A DNA stretch of 64,000 nt from assembly GCA_964633995.1 (NCBI GenBank), contig CAZWKN010000002.1, positions 113,119-177,118 on the forward strand, written 5' to 3'. This document shows, piece after piece, positions 46,437 through 56,619 of this stretch; position 1 is the first letter of the stretch; the number at the start of each line of letters is the position of its first letter. The translations under genes were made by a program, and so were the position numbers. This DNA comes from an uncultured Gammaproteobacteria bacterium. Its GTDB lineage: Bacteria; Patescibacteriota; Microgenomatia; CAZETR01; Amesbacteraceae. The notes beneath the pieces were generated by a model, which saw only the letters and a list, made by a program, of their open reading frames with translations, was not told the DNA's origin and searched no databases.

Positions 46437-48013
46437 TTTTTTCCACTATTGCCTTGGCGGGCATCGTGATCATGGGTGGGTATTTGAGAATTACCAGAAT
46501 TTCCGAATCTCCTCCGAGTGTAAACTGGGACGAAGCGGCTCTTGGATACAATTCTCTTGCGCTTTTTAAGACCGGACGAGATGAGTTTGGAAAAAAGATG
46601 CCATTGTCACTGAGATCTTTTGACGATTACAAACCAGCACTGTATTCATATTTAACCACGGGGTTTGTGGCCGGATTAGGCTTAAATGAATTGTCCACCA
46701 GACTAACTTCGATTGCTTCCGGTTTGATGCTGATTGCGTTGATGTATTATCTAGCCACAAAATTGACCGGAAGGCCTGAAATAGGACTGACTGCGGGACT
46801 ACTTATAGCGACAAGCCCTTGGGCAGTGCATTTTTCCAGAATTGCTTTCGAGGCCAACCTGGCGTGCATGCTATATTTTGCTGGCATAGCTTGTTTTGTA
46901 GCTGGATTGACGAAACCAAAATACGGCTACATTTCGGTGTTTTTGATGGTGTTATCAATGTACGCCTATCACGCCCAAAGGGCGATTGCATTACCGACCC
47001 TTGTTTTACTAGGGCTTGTATTCAAGCCCAAAGTTAAAATTGGGTGGCTGCTTGTCGCAGTAGTAGGGCTATTGCCACTTGGGATATCTTCTTTAGTGGA
47101 TCCCATTGGGGCCAGGCTAACTGCGACTAATATATTCAGACTTTGGCCATTCGTACCCTTGGAATTTAATGCTGGCCTGATTGCGTCCGGATATAGTTTG
47201 GTGTGGATGGTAGTGGGCCATTATTTGGCTTATCTATCGCCGGTAAATTTATTCTGGCAAGGTTCCGTTGAGCCTATTTTGAGAATGCCCCATCTGGGAC
47301 TTTTTGTTACAGAAGCACTTCCGTTGTTTATTGCCGGCTGGATAGTTTTACCGAAACAAAAAGCGTTAGCAAAGTTAATTATTTGCTTGGCGGTGCTTAC
47401 TCCACTTCCCGGAGTTATAACTTGGAATTGGTTTTCGGTGGTTCGATCATTGGCTGTTTATCCAACCTGGACACTAGTAATGGCCACCGGGGCAGTATTG
47501 GGCTTTGAAAGTATCAGGGGCAAGTTGGCAAAAATCAGTGCTCTAACACTTACCGTTGTGGTCTTTGGAATTTCCTGTGTGTACTCCATGGCAAGTTTAA
47601 TTTTGTACTACCCCGTGGAAACATATGGAGATTTCCAGCCGGGGTTTGAAAAAAGCGCACCATATTTAGTGGGCCGTGAACCAAGTGTAAGAGAAATTGT
47701 TTTTGACAGTCCCCATATTGCACCGTATATTTTTGTTTTGTTTTACGGCAAGTACCCGCCCGGTAAATATTTCGTTGAAGCAGGGTTGGACAGAAAAAAC
47801 TCAGGAACAGAAGATTATGTTTTTGGTAAATGGCAGTTTAGGAAAATTGATCCTAAATTTGATTTTGAAAAACGAAATGTTATCTTGGTGGGCTCTGTAT
47901 TTAGTATTCCAGATTATAAAGTTGAAGAGCTAAAGCGGGATGGAAAGCTGATAAAGTTAACTGATTTTCCCGACGCTATGGGCTATACTAGCTTGAGGGC
48001 TATTGAGTTATGA
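46415..48013 (+). CDS. GT-C fold membrane glycosyltransferase, PMT/ArnT-like; paralog 6 of 6
   Basis: ESPPSVNWDEAALGYNSLALFKTGRDEFGKKMPL...SFDDYKPALYSY...RLTSIASGLM. Confidence 0.7.
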   Translation: MGSRNKVIFSTIALAGIVIMGGYLRITRISESPPSVNWDEAALGYNSLALFKTGRDEFGKKMPLSLRSFDDYKPALYSYLTTGFVAGLGLNELSTRLTSIASGLMLIALMYYLATKLTGRPEIGLTAGLLIATSPWAVHFSRIAFEANLACMLYFAGIACFVAGLTKPKYGYISVFLMVLSMYAYHAQRAIALPTLVLLGLVFKPKVKIGWLLVAVVGLLPLGISSLVDPIGARLTATNIFRLWPFVPLEFNAGLIASGYSLVWMVVGHYLAYLSPVNLFWQGSVEPILRMPHLGLFVTEALPLFIAGWIVLPKQKALAKLIICLAVLTPLPGVITWNWFSVVRSLAVYPTWTLVMATGAVLGFESIRGKLAKISALTLTVVVFGISCVYSMASLILYYPVETYGDFQPGFEKSAPYLVGREPSVREIVFDSPHIAPYIFVLFYGKYPPGKYFVEAGLDRKNSGTEDYVFGKWQFRKIDPKFDFEKRNVILVGSVFSIPDYKVEELKRDGKLIKLTDFPDAMGYTSLRAIEL

Positions 48014-49371
48014 AAAGGTTTTGGTGGATTGTCTTGGTGGTAGTGATAATGGTGGTCAGGCTTTACAGAATTGATACCCATTCACACTTTATGACAGACG
48101 AATCCTCCGATTTGGTCCGGATGCATCAAATCTATGTGGAAAGGATGATTACCCTGGTGGGCCCAATCTCAGAGGACAGGAGTCACGTTTTTAGCTCGCT
48201 AACATACTACATGCTCTTGCCATTTGCTGTGATGTTTAATTTTGATCCCTTAGGCCCGGTCGTCGGCATGGTGTTTTGGGGAAGCTTAACTGCGATTATG
48301 TTAGCGATGGCAATAAAAAAAATAAACCCGAATTTTACGTTTATTGGAGCTATTTTTGTCTCCTTGTGGTGGCCATTGGTGTTAGGTTCCAGATGGGCAT
48401 GGAATCCAAACCTGGTAGCGTTTTGGATTGTCCTGGGATGGCATTTTTGCCAAAAAAAGGTCAGCTGGATGCAACTTCTTGGTGGATTATTTATGGGCTT
48501 GGCCGTGCATCATCATTATCTAGCCATACTACCTATCGGGGTGTATTTATTAATAAATCGAAACGGCTTTTTTGCGGCTGGATTGGCAGCTGCCTGGTTG
48601 CCTTTTGTCGCATTTGACTTAAGACATCCACCGGGTCTATTTATCATGCGCAGCCTAAACTATTATTCTGGAACAAAACAAGGATTCGAACTGCACAAAT
48701 CAATCCTTATGGCGTGGTCGACTTTTTCCGAGTATTTCTTTCCTCAGATAAGCCAGGTTTTTGTGACGATAGGCATATCTGCGTTGGTTGGATGGGACAT
48801 ACTTCGGCATAAAGCCTACTTATTTGGACTGGCGAATTGGATTGTTGCCTTAGTGGGTTTAATTTTATTATCTTTCCAATTTCACTATGTGCTACCAGTT
48901 GCTGTTTTTTTTGTATTGTGGATTTTTGCAAAACGGAATGGATTTGGAAAGGTTGTACAACTAATCATTATAATTACGATAATTTGCGGGTCGATACTTA
49001 AATTTTCTAAGGAAATTTCCTCGTATTCGCTTTACGGAAATTTAAAGGAGACCAGGCAGATTGTTAAAATTATCAGTGACCAAATTACAACACAAAAACT
49101 TGTCAATCCAAATTTGGCAATTCTGGCTAGTGATGATATATATACCAACGGGAATAAATATCGGGACCTACTATTGGTTAATAACATCAGACTAAGAATG
49201 GCTTCTGAATACGAGATCTCTGATAATTTGTTTGTGGTAACCCAAAAGGATGAACAAACTATCAGAGATGATCCGGCAGCCGAAAGAGCGAAGTTTAGGC
49301 CAGGACCGTTATATGGCTACTGGCAAATTCCAAATTCCAGTTGGAGAGTTTATCAGTTTAATAAATATTGA
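48010..49371 (+). CDS. Polytopic membrane protein, GT-C-like candidate
   Basis: About 11 TM helices; early-loop acidic motif HFMTDESSD; C-terminal ~110-aa soluble domain. Confidence 0.45.
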   Translation: MKRFWWIVLVVVIMVVRLYRIDTHSHFMTDESSDLVRMHQIYVERMITLVGPISEDRSHVFSSLTYYMLLPFAVMFNFDPLGPVVGMVFWGSLTAIMLAMAIKKINPNFTFIGAIFVSLWWPLVLGSRWAWNPNLVAFWIVLGWHFCQKKVSWMQLLGGLFMGLAVHHHYLAILPIGVYLLINRNGFFAAGLAAAWLPFVAFDLRHPPGLFIMRSLNYYSGTKQGFELHKSILMAWSTFSEYFFPQISQVFVTIGISALVGWDILRHKAYLFGLANWIVALVGLILLSFQFHYVLPVAVFFVLWIFAKRNGFGKVVQLIIIITIICGSILKFSKEISSYSLYGNLKETRQIVKIISDQITTQKLVNPNLAILASDDIYTNGNKYRDLLLVNNIRLRMASEYEISDNLFVVTQKDEQTIRDDPAAERAKFRPGPLYGYWQIPNSSWRVYQFNKY

Positions 49372-50645
49372 TGAAAAAGTTTTTACTAATACTGGTGCTT
49401 GTATCGGGAATGTGGCTACGCTTGTGGTTGGCGCCGAAGGCGTTTCATGATGACATATACAGTAATGCCGGTTGGGGTACATGGATTTACCAACATGGCC
49501 CCAAGGGCTTTTATGAAAATAACGTCTGGGTCTATTCATGGCCAACCCAACCCCCACTTATTAGTTACATATATGGTTGGAATAAATCATTTTATGTCGA
49601 ACTGCTGGGGAGAATTGCTTGGATAAATCATCAGGTGCAAAAAATTTATTACGTTAGTTGGCTGGACAACTTCGTACAATGGTTTGCTTTTGGAATCGTA
49701 AATATTGAAATTCCGTTTCAGATAGGCTATTTGATTACCATGAAACTTTTGCCAATTTTTGCCGATGTAGGCATTGCGCTGCTAATGTATAAATTGTCGA
49801 ATAGATTGTTTTGGCCAACGGTGTATTTATTTTTTCCGTTTAGCTGGTATTTGTCTGCTTTGTGGGGCCAGTATGACCAGGTGAGTTCATTGATATTGTT
49901 TTTAGCATTTTTGGCCGTAACAAAAAAGAAAATTGTTTGGCTATCACCTATTCTTGCCGCCATTTCGATTTTGCTTAAGCCCACCGGACTCGTGCTCATG
50001 CCCCTTTTGGCAGGAATGTACATCTGGAAATGCAAATATTGGAAGCAACTGATTTTTGGCGGGTTGTTGGGGTTGTGCGTGTTTACTAAATCCACCAGCT
50101 TGTTTGCCGATCGAGGCGAGTTTGCGTATTGGCACCACACGCTTATTCGGATGGTCTTTTTCAAGTCGGAATTTAGAGTGTCGACAAATGCATTTAACGC
50201 ATGGCGCATATTAATTGGCAATAAGGCAGTGAATCAGGATGCCAAATTTTTGAGCCTTCCTGCCAAATGGTGGGGCTATGGAGTGATGGCCATTTCACTG
50301 ATAATAGTATTTAAAAAATACAGGAAGTGGACTGACCGAGAAATCACTGAATCCGTATTCCTGATATCAGGCTCTGCCTGGATGTTTATGACCGGAATGC
50401 TGGATAGGTATGTGTTTATGGCCATCTTCACCGGATTGGTTGCTTGTATGTACAATCAAAAATTACTTAGCTACTGGGTTGTATTGGCGTTAATTTTTTC
50501 GATCAACCTGTATCACGGTTGGTGGTTTCCAAATGGCTTTGTATTAAAACAAATTTTGGAATGGAATAATGGAGTAATTACGCAGGGTTTATCTTTGGTT
50601 AATGTGTTGGTGTATATTAAGATGGCAAAATTGATTGTGGCATGA
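49368..50645 (+). CDS. Polytopic membrane protein, GT-C-like (DUF2029/GT87-like)
   Basis: FPFSWYLSALWGQYDQVSSLILFLAFLAV...ILLKP. Confidence 0.55.
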   Translation: MMKKFLLILVLVSGMWLRLWLAPKAFHDDIYSNAGWGTWIYQHGPKGFYENNVWVYSWPTQPPLISYIYGWNKSFYVELLGRIAWINHQVQKIYYVSWLDNFVQWFAFGIVNIEIPFQIGYLITMKLLPIFADVGIALLMYKLSNRLFWPTVYLFFPFSWYLSALWGQYDQVSSLILFLAFLAVTKKKIVWLSPILAAISILLKPTGLVLMPLLAGMYIWKCKYWKQLIFGGLLGLCVFTKSTSLFADRGEFAYWHHTLIRMVFFKSEFRVSTNAFNAWRILIGNKAVNQDAKFLSLPAKWWGYGVMAISLIIVFKKYRKWTDREITESVFLISGSAWMFMTGMLDRYVFMAIFTGLVACMYNQKLLSYWVVLALIFSINLYHGWWFPNGFVLKQILEWNNGVITQGLSLVNVLVYIKMAKLIVA

Positions 50646-52309
50646 AAAACATAATTATTCTGGTACTATTCGCGGTCTTGACGTTCCCTGCTTACAAGGC
50701 CTTACGACATCCAGGACTTATATATGGACATGATTCTGAATCGGTGTTATTTCGGTCAATTGAGTTCCGCCAGGCGATAGCTGACGGCAATTTTCCAGTT
50801 AGGTGGTCAAAAAGATTGGACTATGGGTTGGGACAACCAACATTTACGTTTACGTACAATTTGCCATATTATTTATCGTTTGGGCTGGGGCTAGTGGGCC
50901 TTTCGGAGCTCTGGTCATTTAAACTAATTTATGCGCTTAGTTTCCCATTAAGCGCATTTTTTGCGTACTTGTGGCTTAGAAAGCACGTGGGGACAAAGGC
51001 AGCATTGCTGGGAGGACTTTTTTATACTTACTCACCATATCATTTTGCAAACGTGTATGTCAGAGCGGCATTTGGAGAAATCGTAGCTGCCACCGTGGCG
51101 CCTTTGGTTTTTTATGGAGTATTTTTACTGGCTACAAAAACTGACCTTCGGAATATTGCCAAATGCGGGTTGCTGGTGGCATTGATGGCATTAAGTCATA
51201 ATTTCTACTTAATTATCCTCTTGCCCATATTGACTGGTTATTATTTTGTAGTTGCCCGCAATTTCAGAATTTGGACTGTAATTGCCTGGGGCCTAGTGGT
51301 GACATTGGGAATTGGTTTGGCAAGCTATTATTTAATCCCGGCATTTGTATATAAGGATCTGACTTTCTTAACAGATATGGCCAGGTGGTTTTCGGAAAAT
51401 AATAATTTTATTACCGCCAAGGATTTGCTTGCGTCTTCTTGGGGATTTGGGGGTTTAAGACGAGACGGAGGCGACGGGTTGTTATCCATTCAAATTGGAT
51501 TAGTACATCTGGCCTTGGCAACAGGCAGTTTGATACTAATATTAAAAAACCGACTGGCTTCGGGGCAAAAAAAAGTAACTTTGTTTTTTTTGATAGTGCT
51601 ATGTGGAATTGTATTTTTGATGCATAAGGAAAGTACCTTTGTCTGGGACATGCTTCCCATCCTCAAAAACCTTCAATTCCCATGGAGGTTAATGTTTGTA
51701 GTAAATCTGGTAGTGGCATTTTGCATAGGGCTATTTTTTGATCGAAATTTGAAAACGGTGATAGTTTTTACTTTAATTATCGGCTTAATCGGTGTAAGTA
51801 GTAGATATTGGCATGTACATCGATATTTTCCATGGATTGATCCCACCCCCAAAACCATTGGCTACCCCGGGACTTTGACTATGCTCTTTGAAGAGACACC
51901 AAGATGGCATGAGATCCGCCAGGAACCAAATCCGCACTTTTTGGCACAAGTGAGTTCAGGTGAGGCAGATACGTCTGAGTTGGCGTGGAAGACAAATTAC
52001 CAAGCAGTGAGCGTTGATTGTAAACACGATTGTGTAATTGCTTTCAAAACACATTTTTGGCCGGGGTGGAAAGTATACGTAGATTCAAAAGAGACAGCAT
52101 TAATAGACCCTTATGATGAGCTTAGTCAGGGGTTATTGAGTTTGAAAGTGCCGAACGGAAAACACATAGTGGAGGCGAAACTTTCTGAACCTTTATTGGG
52201 AAAAATTGGCGACACGGTTACGATATTTTTTGGACTTATTACAACTATTCTTTTTGTGGCACCTTCCAAATTTCCGTTTCTGAATCGGAATAAACTTTGG
52301 ATAAGTTAA
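50642..52309 (+). CDS. 'PTPS-related/YfhO-like' polytopic membrane protein with C-terminal beta-rich domain; paralog B of 3
   Basis: RHPGLIYGHDSESVLFRSIEFRQAIADGNFPVRWSKRLDYGLGQPTFTFTYNLPYY. Confidence 0.45.
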   Translation: MKNIIILVLFAVLTFPAYKALRHPGLIYGHDSESVLFRSIEFRQAIADGNFPVRWSKRLDYGLGQPTFTFTYNLPYYLSFGLGLVGLSELWSFKLIYALSFPLSAFFAYLWLRKHVGTKAALLGGLFYTYSPYHFANVYVRAAFGEIVAATVAPLVFYGVFLLATKTDLRNIAKCGLLVALMALSHNFYLIILLPILTGYYFVVARNFRIWTVIAWGLVVTLGIGLASYYLIPAFVYKDLTFLTDMARWFSENNNFITAKDLLASSWGFGGLRRDGGDGLLSIQIGLVHLALATGSLILILKNRLASGQKKVTLFFLIVLCGIVFLMHKESTFVWDMLPILKNLQFPWRLMFVVNLVVAFCIGLFFDRNLKTVIVFTLIIGLIGVSSRYWHVHRYFPWIDPTPKTIGYPGTLTMLFEETPRWHEIRQEPNPHFLAQVSSGEADTSELAWKTNYQAVSVDCKHDCVIAFKTHFWPGWKVYVDSKETALIDPYDELSQGLLSLKVPNGKHIVEAKLSEPLLGKIGDTVTIFFGLITTILFVAPSKFPFLNRNKLWIS

Positions 52310-53855
52310 ATTGCGCTAGGTTTATGGCCACAGGCATCAGTTTGGGAATGTAAACGTAAGAGATGTGGTTGGTAGTCAGAAAGTTATTAACCTGATTGGG
52401 ATATGTGCCTGAAAAGAAATCTACGATCTGGAGATGGCGTGATTTCCAGTCGTAGCCAGTTATATTTAAGTTTACTTCATCGGCTAAATATGTTTGTTGT
52501 CCAGAATAAGCGGAAATATAGCCAGTAGATTCATATAAATAAAGTGGCCTGGGAGGAGAATGTTCAAACTTGCTACTTAAGCTCTTGTCAAACACTGGTG
52601 TAAGTACAACACCTTGAGGAAGTCTGCCAAGAAAAGTTAGGGCGGACAACTCCTGTGACGAAATTTTCGCCGGCGGTCTTTTCGGTAGGTAGTGCCTTAA
52701 AGTGCCAAGCGTAGTGGGAATAGTTAACAATACAATCATTAGACATAAGAGTTTATTTGGCCGCAAACTTGCAAATGATATTCCGGCCAACAAACCAAGT
52801 GCAAATTGTGAATAATAAAAAAACTGGATAGTATTCCAGGCTGTGCCGGACTGGGTAAACAACATTGGAATAAACAGGCCAACAACTACAACTGTGATCA
52901 AAAAAATTTGTAGTGCATCCAGTTTTTTTGGGGCCTTAACTAACCCTATTAACCGTGTTCCAAAATTACCCAAGGTAAAAATTAACAAGGCAAGTGAAAA
53001 GGCAGGAATGCCTTTTAGGAGATTAGTGCTAATTCTGTAAGTGTTCAGAGCCGAAAAAAACTTAGGACTATTTAACCGATCGGGGCCCATCATGGTTTCT
53101 AAAAACCAAAGCGGCTGAAAGTGCAGTAGTTTTACTGAAGATGAATTCAATGGCATAAATAATCCGAGTGAAATTATCACTGACGGCAGTAATACTTTGA
53201 GCCATTTTTTATTTTTTAGGCTGCCTAATGCCAACCCGGCAAAACTTAATAGGCCGATGTATATTTTGATTTCCGGTAAAATTGAAAACACTAAAATAGC
53301 CGATAGAAAGCGATTTTTGTGCAATAGTATAAGTCCTAATAATAATAGAGCTAGTGAGAATGCGTAGGGGGGGTTTATGAGTGTAGAGATAGATTGTTGG
53401 GCCCAAAAAACAGACTCCCCTGCCCCCATGACCCATCCAAGGCTTCCTCCAAAATAAACAAAAAATAATGTCCATAAGGCTGCCAACTTCGACTTTTGCC
53501 AACTAAGTATGAAAAAGTAGGCAAGTAATCCGATTAAGGCAGATATTAAAACTGGAAAGATTTGAAAGTATAAGATGGTAACCGGAAGCTTGGTTATAAG
53601 GTGGATGAATGTCACCAATAAATCAAATCCCAGATGGTAATTTTTTATGGCTTCTCCTGCAAATATTGGCATGTCCAAAGAGCCCCTAGAAAGACTCTGG
53701 ATAAGCGATATGTGCCAAATACCGTCGTGCCCATTTGGACCCCAAAAACCCAAGCCATACGAGTAGGTTAGGCCATTTTTAACCATGGTCACCAGCCATG
53801 TTATGGAACCGATAAGGATGACTAGCCAGTGTTTATTTTTTTTGACGAAAGGCAT
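52245..53855 (-). CDS. Polytopic membrane protein (536 aa) directly downstream of the Wzx flippase; possible polymerase/ligase-like or GT-C enzyme
   Basis: About 12 TM helices with a ~130-aa C-terminal soluble domain. No family motif recognised; the context call comes from adjacency to wzx. Confidence 0.4.
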   Translation of the reverse strand: MPFVKKNKHWLVILIGSITWLVTMVKNGLTYSYGLGFWGPNGHDGIWHISLIQSLSRGSLDMPIFAGEAIKNYHLGFDLLVTFIHLITKLPVTILYFQIFPVLISALIGLLAYFFILSWQKSKLAALWTLFFVYFGGSLGWVMGAGESVFWAQQSISTLINPPYAFSLALLLLGLILLHKNRFLSAILVFSILPEIKIYIGLLSFAGLALGSLKNKKWLKVLLPSVIISLGLFMPLNSSSVKLLHFQPLWFLETMMGPDRLNSPKFFSALNTYRISTNLLKGIPAFSLALLIFTLGNFGTRLIGLVKAPKKLDALQIFLITVVVVGLFIPMLFTQSGTAWNTIQFFYYSQFALGLLAGISFASLRPNKLLCLMIVLLTIPTTLGTLRHYLPKRPPAKISSQELSALTFLGRLPQGVVLTPVFDKSLSSKFEHSPPRPLYLYESTGYISAYSGQQTYLADEVNLNITGYDWKSRHLQIVDFFSGTYPNQVNNFLTTNHISYVYIPKLMPVAINLAQFNLSKVYSDSETEIWKVPQKE

Positions 53856-55311
53856 GTGACATTTTTGTTAAGTCAATTAACAATTGAGGTCCTGTTAAGC
53901 CGTATAGCGCAGCCAAAAAGACCACGCCAGAAATTAACACGTTGAGAATTAAGGTCGGCCAGGAAGACGGCAGGATAGTTTTTAAACCTATGGTTATCAA
54001 AAGCATTGCGACAGTGGCAAGTAAAGGCTTGAGGATACTTTGGGAAAATTGAAACCCAGTAATTTTTTGAACAATTACGATAGGAATAATTGAAAATACT
54101 GAAATAATCGCGGTGGCATACGCCACTCCCAAATAGCCAAATTTGTGGGCCAAAACCGGAGTTAGTCCCCAGGCTAAGGCTAACCACATAAGCATCAATG
54201 CGGTGTTTATCTTTACTTTGCCGAGGGAATTTAACGTATTTGAAAGTGGAGTTGAGATACTTGCCCAGGCAGTGTTAATGCAAAACAAGGTTAGGGGAAA
54301 CAACGCATCCTGCCATTTTGAATATTTGGGAATCAGGCGAACCACTTCCGGAGCCAGTATCGCCAATCCTGCTGTAAAAGGAAAAGTTGCAGCGGAAATA
54401 AAAAATAGGGTTTTTTCAAGACTTTTTTTCAGATCATTCGGATGGTTTTGCATACGAGAAAACGTAGGAAAAGTGACTTTGGTAACATTGTCCATAACTA
54501 GTCTTAAGGGCTGTTCTGAATAGTTTCTGGCCCAACTAATGATTCCCACTCCCTCGGTGCCAATAATTTTCCAGACAACTAATTCTATAAACCTATCCTT
54601 GACTACGGCTATAAACGTATTGAGTTGGTATGGCAAACCGAACTTTAACAAATTGTTTAGCGACGATTTTGAGAGCGAAAAGCCAATTGGCCAGGGCGAA
54701 AGAAAATAGATCAGAGCGGTGCCAACGATCCCCCGTAACATCACTGCCCAGGCATAGGCATATATTCCATCGCCCCTCCAGGCAAAAAAGACTGCTACAA
54801 ACCAATAAACGATATTTTCTACCACTTCTACCGCAGCTAAGTTTTTAAATAGCAGATGTCTTTCCAAAATTACAGAGGGGATTGTCTTGAGAGAAGCCAG
54901 AAAAAAAGCAAGCAGTAAGCTATTGAATAAGAAAACACCACCAGCTGGAAACTGGTAATACCGGGCGAGACCGGGAGCCAGAAGAAACATGACTATACAT
55001 CCGGAAATAACTAATATCTGCTGAAGGGTGAAGGTTGTCCGGAGATCTGATACCGTAGGACTGTCTTTTTTTTGAACCAGTGATGCCGCCAAGCCAACGT
55101 CTGAGAAATAACCCAATATTATTACCAGATTGTTAATTGCGGCAAATAGTCCGAATTCGTACCTTTTAAGATAAAAGGACAGAAGAGAAATGCCAATTAG
55201 ACTGATAACGCGGATAACAAATGTCCGACTGATTAAAGTGACTATGCCGGAGAGGGTTCTGGATTTGACGGTGAGTAGATCTATTTCTCCAGCGACCGGT
55301 TCGGAGTCCAT
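53833..55311 (-). CDS. wzx: Wzx-type oligosaccharide flippase (MOP superfamily polysaccharide biosynthesis protein)
   Basis: 492 aa with about 14 TM helices; N-terminus RTLSGIVTLISRTFVIRVISLIGISLL...GLFAA...GYFSDVGLAASLVQKKD, typical of PF01943/PF13440 flippases. Confidence 0.8.
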   Translation of the reverse strand: MDSEPVAGEIDLLTVKSRTLSGIVTLISRTFVIRVISLIGISLLSFYLKRYEFGLFAAINNLVIILGYFSDVGLAASLVQKKDSPTVSDLRTTFTLQQILVISGCIVMFLLAPGLARYYQFPAGGVFLFNSLLLAFFLASLKTIPSVILERHLLFKNLAAVEVVENIVYWFVAVFFAWRGDGIYAYAWAVMLRGIVGTALIYFLSPWPIGFSLSKSSLNNLLKFGLPYQLNTFIAVVKDRFIELVVWKIIGTEGVGIISWARNYSEQPLRLVMDNVTKVTFPTFSRMQNHPNDLKKSLEKTLFFISAATFPFTAGLAILAPEVVRLIPKYSKWQDALFPLTLFCINTAWASISTPLSNTLNSLGKVKINTALMLMWLALAWGLTPVLAHKFGYLGVAYATAIISVFSIIPIVIVQKITGFQFSQSILKPLLATVAMLLITIGLKTILPSSWPTLILNVLISGVVFLAALYGLTGPQLLIDLTKMSHAFRQKK

Positions 55312-55326
55312 GCAGTTATTCTATCA

Positions 55327-56619
55327 TCAATAGCGATAGTGATCAGCCTTAAAGGGCCCGTTTTTGGAGACGCCAAGATATTCCGCCTGATCGGGGGTTA
55401 ACCTGGTCAATTTTCCCCCTAATTGACCAATGTGGAGCATTGCCACTTTTTCATCCAAATATTTAGGCAGCCTGTATACACCCACTTCGTACTTTTTTGT
55501 GAAAAGCTCTATCTGGGCCAAAACCTGATTGGTAAACGAATTGGACATGACGAAGGACGGATGGCCCGTAGCACAGCCGAGGTTGACTAACCTGCCTTCT
55601 GCCAAAAGGATAATGCGATGGCCATCTGGAAACGTATATTGATCAACTTGTGGTTTAATCTGTTCTTTTTTGATCTTTGGGAAATCGTTTAAGGCTTTGA
55701 CCTGAATTTCCACGTCGAAGTGACCAATGTTGCATACGATTGCGGTGTCTTTCATGTGTTTCATATGTTCGAGCGTGATAATGTCTTTACATCCCGTTGC
55801 AGTAACAAAAATATCCGCTCTTTTTACAGCTTCGGCCATTGTGACAACCTCATAGCCCTCCATTAAAGCTTGAAGTGCACAAATCGGATCGATCTCAGCG
55901 ACAAGAACCCTACAACCAAATCCCCTAAGCGACTGTGCACTACCTTTGCCAACATCTCCAAAACCATTAACCACTGCCACTTTTCCGGCCAACATGATAT
56001 CCGTTGCCCGTTTAATGCCGTCTGCAAGAGATTCGCGACAACCATAGAGGTTGTCAAATTTTGATTTGGTGACACTGTCATTGACGTTAATTGCAGGAAT
56101 TTTAAGTTCACCTTTAGAGTGCCGCTGATAGAGATGATGAACCCCGGTAGTGGTTTCTTCTGACACTCCTCTAATATCTTTTAATAACTCTGGATGTTTT
56201 TCGTGTACCCAGCCAGTCAGGTCTCCACCGTCATCCAATAGTAAGTTTGGACCGCGGCCTTTTGAGAACTTAAGTGTCTGATCAGTGCACCACCAATAGT
56301 CTTTCTCGGACTCGCCTTTCCAAGCAAAGACCGGCGTGTTGGCTGCTGCAATCGCGGCAGCGGCGTGATCTTGAGTAGAAAAAATATTACACGATGCCCA
56401 TCTAACGTCCGCACCCAACGCCTGAAGAGTTTCGATTAGCACGGCCGTTTGAATAGTCATGTGCAGTGAACCGGAAATTCTAGCATTTTTGAGAGGTTTT
56501 GATTTTGAATATTCGCGCCTAAGACTCATTAGGCCCGGCATTTCATTTTCGGCAAGTTTAATTTCCATCCGACCCCAACGAGCTAAGGAGAGATCTTTGA
56601 CTTTGTAGTCTTTGGTCAT
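55327..56619 (-). CDS. ahcY: Adenosylhomocysteinase (S-adenosyl-L-homocysteine hydrolase)
   Basis: [28 protein letters not shown]...[40 protein letters not shown]..., the canonical AHCY NAD-binding and substrate motifs; 430 aa. Confidence 0.95.
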   Translation of the reverse strand: MTKDYKVKDLSLARWGRMEIKLAENEMPGLMSLRREYSKSKPLKNARISGSLHMTIQTAVLIETLQALGADVRWASCNIFSTQDHAAAAIAAANTPVFAWKGESEKDYWWCTDQTLKFSKGRGPNLLLDDGGDLTGWVHEKHPELLKDIRGVSEETTTGVHHLYQRHSKGELKIPAINVNDSVTKSKFDNLYGCRESLADGIKRATDIMLAGKVAVVNGFGDVGKGSAQSLRGFGCRVLVAEIDPICALQALMEGYEVVTMAEAVKRADIFVTATGCKDIITLEHMKHMKDTAIVCNIGHFDVEIQVKALNDFPKIKKEQIKPQVDQYTFPDGHRIILLAEGRLVNLGCATGHPSFVMSNSFTNQVLAQIELFTKKYEVGVYRLPKYLDEKVAMLHIGQLGGKLTRLTPDQAEYLGVSKNGPFKADHYRY

